Part shown: piece by piece, positions 60,668-64,000 of the stretch
Numbering within the stretch: the stretch's first letter is position 1
Layout: the number at the start of each line of letters is the position of its first letter
Assembly (NCBI GenBank): GCA_049967475.1
Contig: JBMFSQ010000002.1
Location: 96,001 to 160,000, forward strand
Source: Chthonomonadales bacterium
GTDB taxonomy: Bacteria; Armatimonadota; Chthonomonadetes; Chthonomonadales; CAJBBX01
DNA: 64,000 nucleotides
Reading direction: 5' to 3'
Notes under the pieces: model-generated
Told to the model about the DNA's origin: nothing
Database searches by the model: none
The model's input: only the letters and a program-made list of their open reading frames with translations
Made by a program: the position numbers and the translations under genes

Positions 60668-61629
60668 TGAACAAGATCGGCGTACTCACGAGCGGCGGCG
60701 ATGCCCCAGGGATGAACGCGGCGCTTCGGGCTGTGGTAAGAGCTGGATTGGCCAATGGCCTGGAGGTGGTGGGCATCGAGCGGGGATATGCGGGACTGAT
60801 GAACGGATGGATCCGTCCCATGGACGCCAAGTCCGTGAGCGGCATCATAAACCATGGCGGCACGATCTTGCGCACTGCCCGCAGCGCAGAGTTCAAAACG
60901 GATGAGGGTCGAGCCCGCGCCTACGCTACCATGCAGAGAGAGCACATTGACGGGCTCGTAGTGATCGGCGGAGATGGCTCCTTTAGGGGGGCCCTAGAGC
61001 TCCACAAGGCCACCGGAGCGGCCGTCGTGGGCATCCCGGCCACAATAGACAACGATATTCCCGGCACGCGCTACTCGATCGGCTTCGACACGGCCATCAA
61101 CACCGCCATGGATGCCATAGACAAGATCCGCGACACCTCCGCCTCCCATGACCGCGTGTTCGTGGTGGAGGTGATGGGCAGGTACAACGGCTTCATAGCA
61201 GTGGAAGTAGGCCTCGCAGCCGGTGCAGAGGGCGTAATCGTCCCTGAGGTCAAGCAAGACCTAGTGGCCCTCACGCGGAAGCTGCAAGCAGGCCAGGCGA
61301 GGGGAAAGATGTCCTCCATTATCATCGTTGCCGAGGGCGCTGCTCGGGGAGCCGATATTGCCGCCACCATAACCCAGATTTCAGGCATCGAGACGCGCCT
61401 CTCCGTATTGGGGTACATCCAGCGCGGCGGTTCTCCCTCCGCCCGAGACAGGGCGCTGGCAACGCGCTTCGGCCACCGTGCAGTAGAACTCTTGTTGGCT
61501 GGAGAAACGAACGTGATGGTGGGCATCGAGGAAGGGCGCATCATTCATGTCCCGTTGGAACAGGCTTCTCAGGGCAAGAGCGACCTCGACACGAGCCTGC
61601 TCACCATTGTGGACATGCTCTCGAACTGA
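60667..61629 (+). CDS. pfkA: ATP-dependent 6-phosphofructokinase
   Basis: TSGGDAPGMNAA, GGDGS, PATIDND and MGR motifs. Confidence 0.93.
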   Translation: MNKIGVLTSGGDAPGMNAALRAVVRAGLANGLEVVGIERGYAGLMNGWIRPMDAKSVSGIINHGGTILRTARSAEFKTDEGRARAYATMQREHIDGLVVIGGDGSFRGALELHKATGAAVVGIPATIDNDIPGTRYSIGFDTAINTAMDAIDKIRDTSASHDRVFVVEVMGRYNGFIAVEVGLAAGAEGVIVPEVKQDLVALTRKLQAGQARGKMSSIIIVAEGAARGADIAATITQISGIETRLSVLGYIQRGGSPSARDRALATRFGHRAVELLLAGETNVMVGIEEGRIIHVPLEQASQGKSDLDTSLLTIVDMLSN

Positions 61630-61658
61630 TAGGCACGGAGCTGGAGGAGGCGAAAAGA

Positions 61659-61985
61659 TTGAGGGTCGAAGATTTCAAAAATGCCATAAAGCGTGAGTTT
61701 GGCGACAATCTGGAGCATGCCACGCCCGCCAATGTGCGAGACTTCCTCGATCGCCTACAGGAGGACGTGTTCCACTCCACCTTCCGCTCCCGCATCGTCC
61801 TCAACGAACCTAAAACGACCTATGAAGAGATCCTCAAGGATTTCTTCGCCCGCGTGTTAGACTTTCCCAAGGACGAAGCCATTATCCTGCTCTGGACGAT
61901 GGCTTTCGATCTCTCCTTTACCACGCTGGAGCATCACCTTGCCGATCGCTTCGGCGCCCTCTTCGGTGAAGAGATCGAACCCTAA
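61659..61985 (+). CDS. Hypothetical helical protein
   Basis: GGAGGAGG RBS, TTG start, 108 aa of natural-looking sequence. Confidence 0.7.
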   Translation: MRVEDFKNAIKREFGDNLEHATPANVRDFLDRLQEDVFHSTFRSRIVLNEPKTTYEEILKDFFARVLDFPKDEAIILLWTMAFDLSFTTLEHHLADRFGALFGEEIEP

Positions 61986-61996
61986 AAGCCGGCGCC

Positions 61997-62833
61997 TCAA
62001 TCCACGAACTCTACAGACGCCACCGGCGGAATGAGCCCAGCCTCCGCCCCTCTGCGCAGAAAGAGTCGTACGGCTTCCTTCCCCGCTTCACCAAGATCCA
62101 GCGTCCATTCATTCACGTACATCCCTACAAACGCATCGGCCGTGTCCCGGTCCATCTCACGGGCGAATTCCATGGCGTGGGCTAGGGCTTCGGAGCGGTG
62201 CTCCAAACTGTAGCGGATGGAGTTCCTCAAAACCCTCGATGCCCGCGCCCGAACGCCGGCGGGAAGATCTTTGCGGATCGTATTGACGCCGAGCGGGAGG
62301 GGCAGGCCCGTGGCCGCCTTCCACCAGGCCCCCAGATCTACAATCGGGTGCAAGCCTTCGGTTTGGTGGGTGAGCTGGCCCTCATGGATCAGGAGGCCCG
62401 CATCGCACTGCCCCTGGCGCACACCCTCCATAATCTCATCGAAAGGCATCACCTGATACTGGAACGGCCGCCCAAGATAAAGCCCCAAAGCGAGGAACGC
62501 ACTCGTCATCGTGCCCGGGACGGCAATGCGGAGGTTGGGGAGTTCACGGGGCGTAAGGGGAGTTCTGGCCACCACGATGGGGCCATACCCATCCCCCATG
62601 GAAGCACCGTGGGAAAGGATGGCGTATCGATCGTGTACGTAGGCATAAGCATGCACCGAGATGGCGGTGCAATGGATGCGGCCCTCCCTGGCCCATTGAT
62701 TGAGCGTCTCGATATCCCGGAGGATATGCTCAAACTCCAAACCTTCCGTGGGGATCTTGCCCGCGGCGAGACCATAAAACATGAACGCATCATCGGAGTC
62801 GGGACTGTGCCCTAACGTAAGCTTCATCGGCAA
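61997..62833 (-). CDS. mqnD: 1,4-dihydroxy-6-naphthoate synthase (futalosine menaquinone pathway)
   Basis: GHSPDSDDAFMFY, LLIHEGQLT, DLG.WW...TGLPLPLG and YVN motifs. Confidence 0.9.
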   Translation of the reverse strand: MPMKLTLGHSPDSDDAFMFYGLAAGKIPTEGLEFEHILRDIETLNQWAREGRIHCTAISVHAYAYVHDRYAILSHGASMGDGYGPIVVARTPLTPRELPNLRIAVPGTMTSAFLALGLYLGRPFQYQVMPFDEIMEGVRQGQCDAGLLIHEGQLTHQTEGLHPIVDLGAWWKAATGLPLPLGVNTIRKDLPAGVRARASRVLRNSIRYSLEHRSEALAHAMEFAREMDRDTADAFVGMYVNEWTLDLGEAGKEAVRLFLRRGAEAGLIPPVASVEFVD

Positions 62834-62896
62834 CCTCGTGGATCCGTCGTGGGCTTTGGGACGGCGCTTCCCGCCGCACCTGAGTATACCCGGCCC

Positions 62897-63952
62897 TCAA
62901 ACAGCGCCCAATTCGTAGCCTGTTTGGTACATGGCTACAATGTTCTCGGGAGGGCTCACCGCCTGAATGTTATGGCAAGGGGCTAATATGTATCCCCCAC
63001 CTGCACCGAGGATGCGTAGGTTCTCTTCCACTTCCTTGCGCACCTCCTCCACCGTCCCGAAGGCCAGCGTGTACTGATTGTCCACCCCGCCGTGAAACAC
63101 GAGGCGGCTGCCGAAATCCCGCTTCAGCCCTTCGCGATCCATACCCCGGCACCGCCATTGGATGGGATTGAGGACATCTATGCCCGCTTCGATCATATCG
63201 GGAAGGATGGCGCGAATGGCACCGTCATTGTGGTGGAATACGTAGGCGCCGGCTTCGTGGGCCAGGCCGATGATGCGCTTCATTCCCGGAATGAGAAACT
63301 CGCGTATCTGGGCAGGCGAAAAGAGAAGCCCCGTCTCGGAACCCATATCCTCGGCTACATACGTGATGTGCACTTCTCCACCGGCCGCCTCGTAGATGCG
63401 CCGCGTGTCCTCATAGGCCAAGTCGAAGAGCTTCTCAAGGCAATAGTGCACGATATCAGGGTGTTCGATAAGGTCCATCATCCCCTGTTCCTGGCCCCGG
63501 AGGTTCTTGTAGATAAGGAAAGGCTCGGAGCCTCCGCCGCGGATGATGCGATCCCGGTTGCCGGACACTACTTTGGGTATGTGGGAGTAGTCCCACCAAT
63601 CCGGGCTGGGCCAGCGATAATTGCGCTCGATCTCCTCCACGCTGCCGTAACCCGCCAAAGGGCAATACACTACCTCGGAATAGACGCCGCCTTGATACTC
63701 GATGTCCCGGTATCTGCAGCCGAAGACGTCTTCCCCGGCAGGAATGGGAGGCCCCACATAGCGGCCGCCTATGCTCACCGGGACGTCTATATGAAGCATT
63801 CGGTAAACATCCTCCATGGAAGAGCAGCCCAGATGTTGCATGAGGCGGGTAGACGCCTCCCATGTTCCCCAGTAGTCCATGGGCGTCCGATCGGGCTTCT
63901 CCCGACGCAAAACGGCGAGCCAGCGTTCTCTGGAATTCATGGTGTCGCGCAT
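62897..63952 (-). CDS. Uroporphyrinogen decarboxylase-family (URO-D/MtaA-like) protein
   Basis: M.SRER, H.DG, LNPIQ, FHGGVD.Q and GGGYILAPCHNIQ motifs. Confidence 0.85.
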   Translation of the reverse strand: MRDTMNSRERWLAVLRREKPDRTPMDYWGTWEASTRLMQHLGCSSMEDVYRMLHIDVPVSIGGRYVGPPIPAGEDVFGCRYRDIEYQGGVYSEVVYCPLAGYGSVEEIERNYRWPSPDWWDYSHIPKVVSGNRDRIIRGGGSEPFLIYKNLRGQEQGMMDLIEHPDIVHYCLEKLFDLAYEDTRRIYEAAGGEVHITYVAEDMGSETGLLFSPAQIREFLIPGMKRIIGLAHEAGAYVFHHNDGAIRAILPDMIEAGIDVLNPIQWRCRGMDREGLKRDFGSRLVFHGGVDNQYTLAFGTVEEVRKEVEENLRILGAGGGYILAPCHNIQAVSPPENIVAMYQTGYELGAV

Positions 63953-64000
63953 GACAGGTCTTGATGCGGAGTTTCTAATTGCGCCGGAGGAGATCCAGCA

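Overview
High-GC bacterial chromosomal window of about 55 genes. It most likely comes from the Armatimonadota, inferred from the UBact-type proteasome operon, the prepilin/H-X9-DG protein and a mix of Firmicutes-like synteny with diderm envelope genes. Most genes are housekeeping or metabolic: modAB, motAB, uppP, a GH27 alpha-galactosidase, rpoZ-dnaJ-prmA-rsmE, nikR, maf, glgA, fliA, tmk-darA, secDF, ispDF, hpf, two PFKs and mqnD. The standouts are: (1) a complete arc-dop-UBact-prcB-prcA-pafA protein tagging/20S proteasome operon directly behind an ECF sigma/zinc anti-sigma/RseB/DegP module whose promoter motif (GGAACC-N17-CGTAA) can be read twice in the DNA; (2) a six-gene operon of uncharacterised membrane proteins (DUF6754-like), driven by one of two back-to-back perfect TTGACA-N18-TATAAT promoters; (3) a decayed island at 49.7-51.1 kb holding a DNA methyltransferase relic with a dead intein (Hint plus DUF559 nuclease fragment), in-frame palindromic repeats and a solitary attC-type gene cassette; (4) several readable regulatory sites, including a Rex-like operator, sigma28-like promoters and a bidirectional -10. 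I recognised no rRNA, tRNA or CRISPR array. All family assignments come from motif recognition by eye, not database searches.
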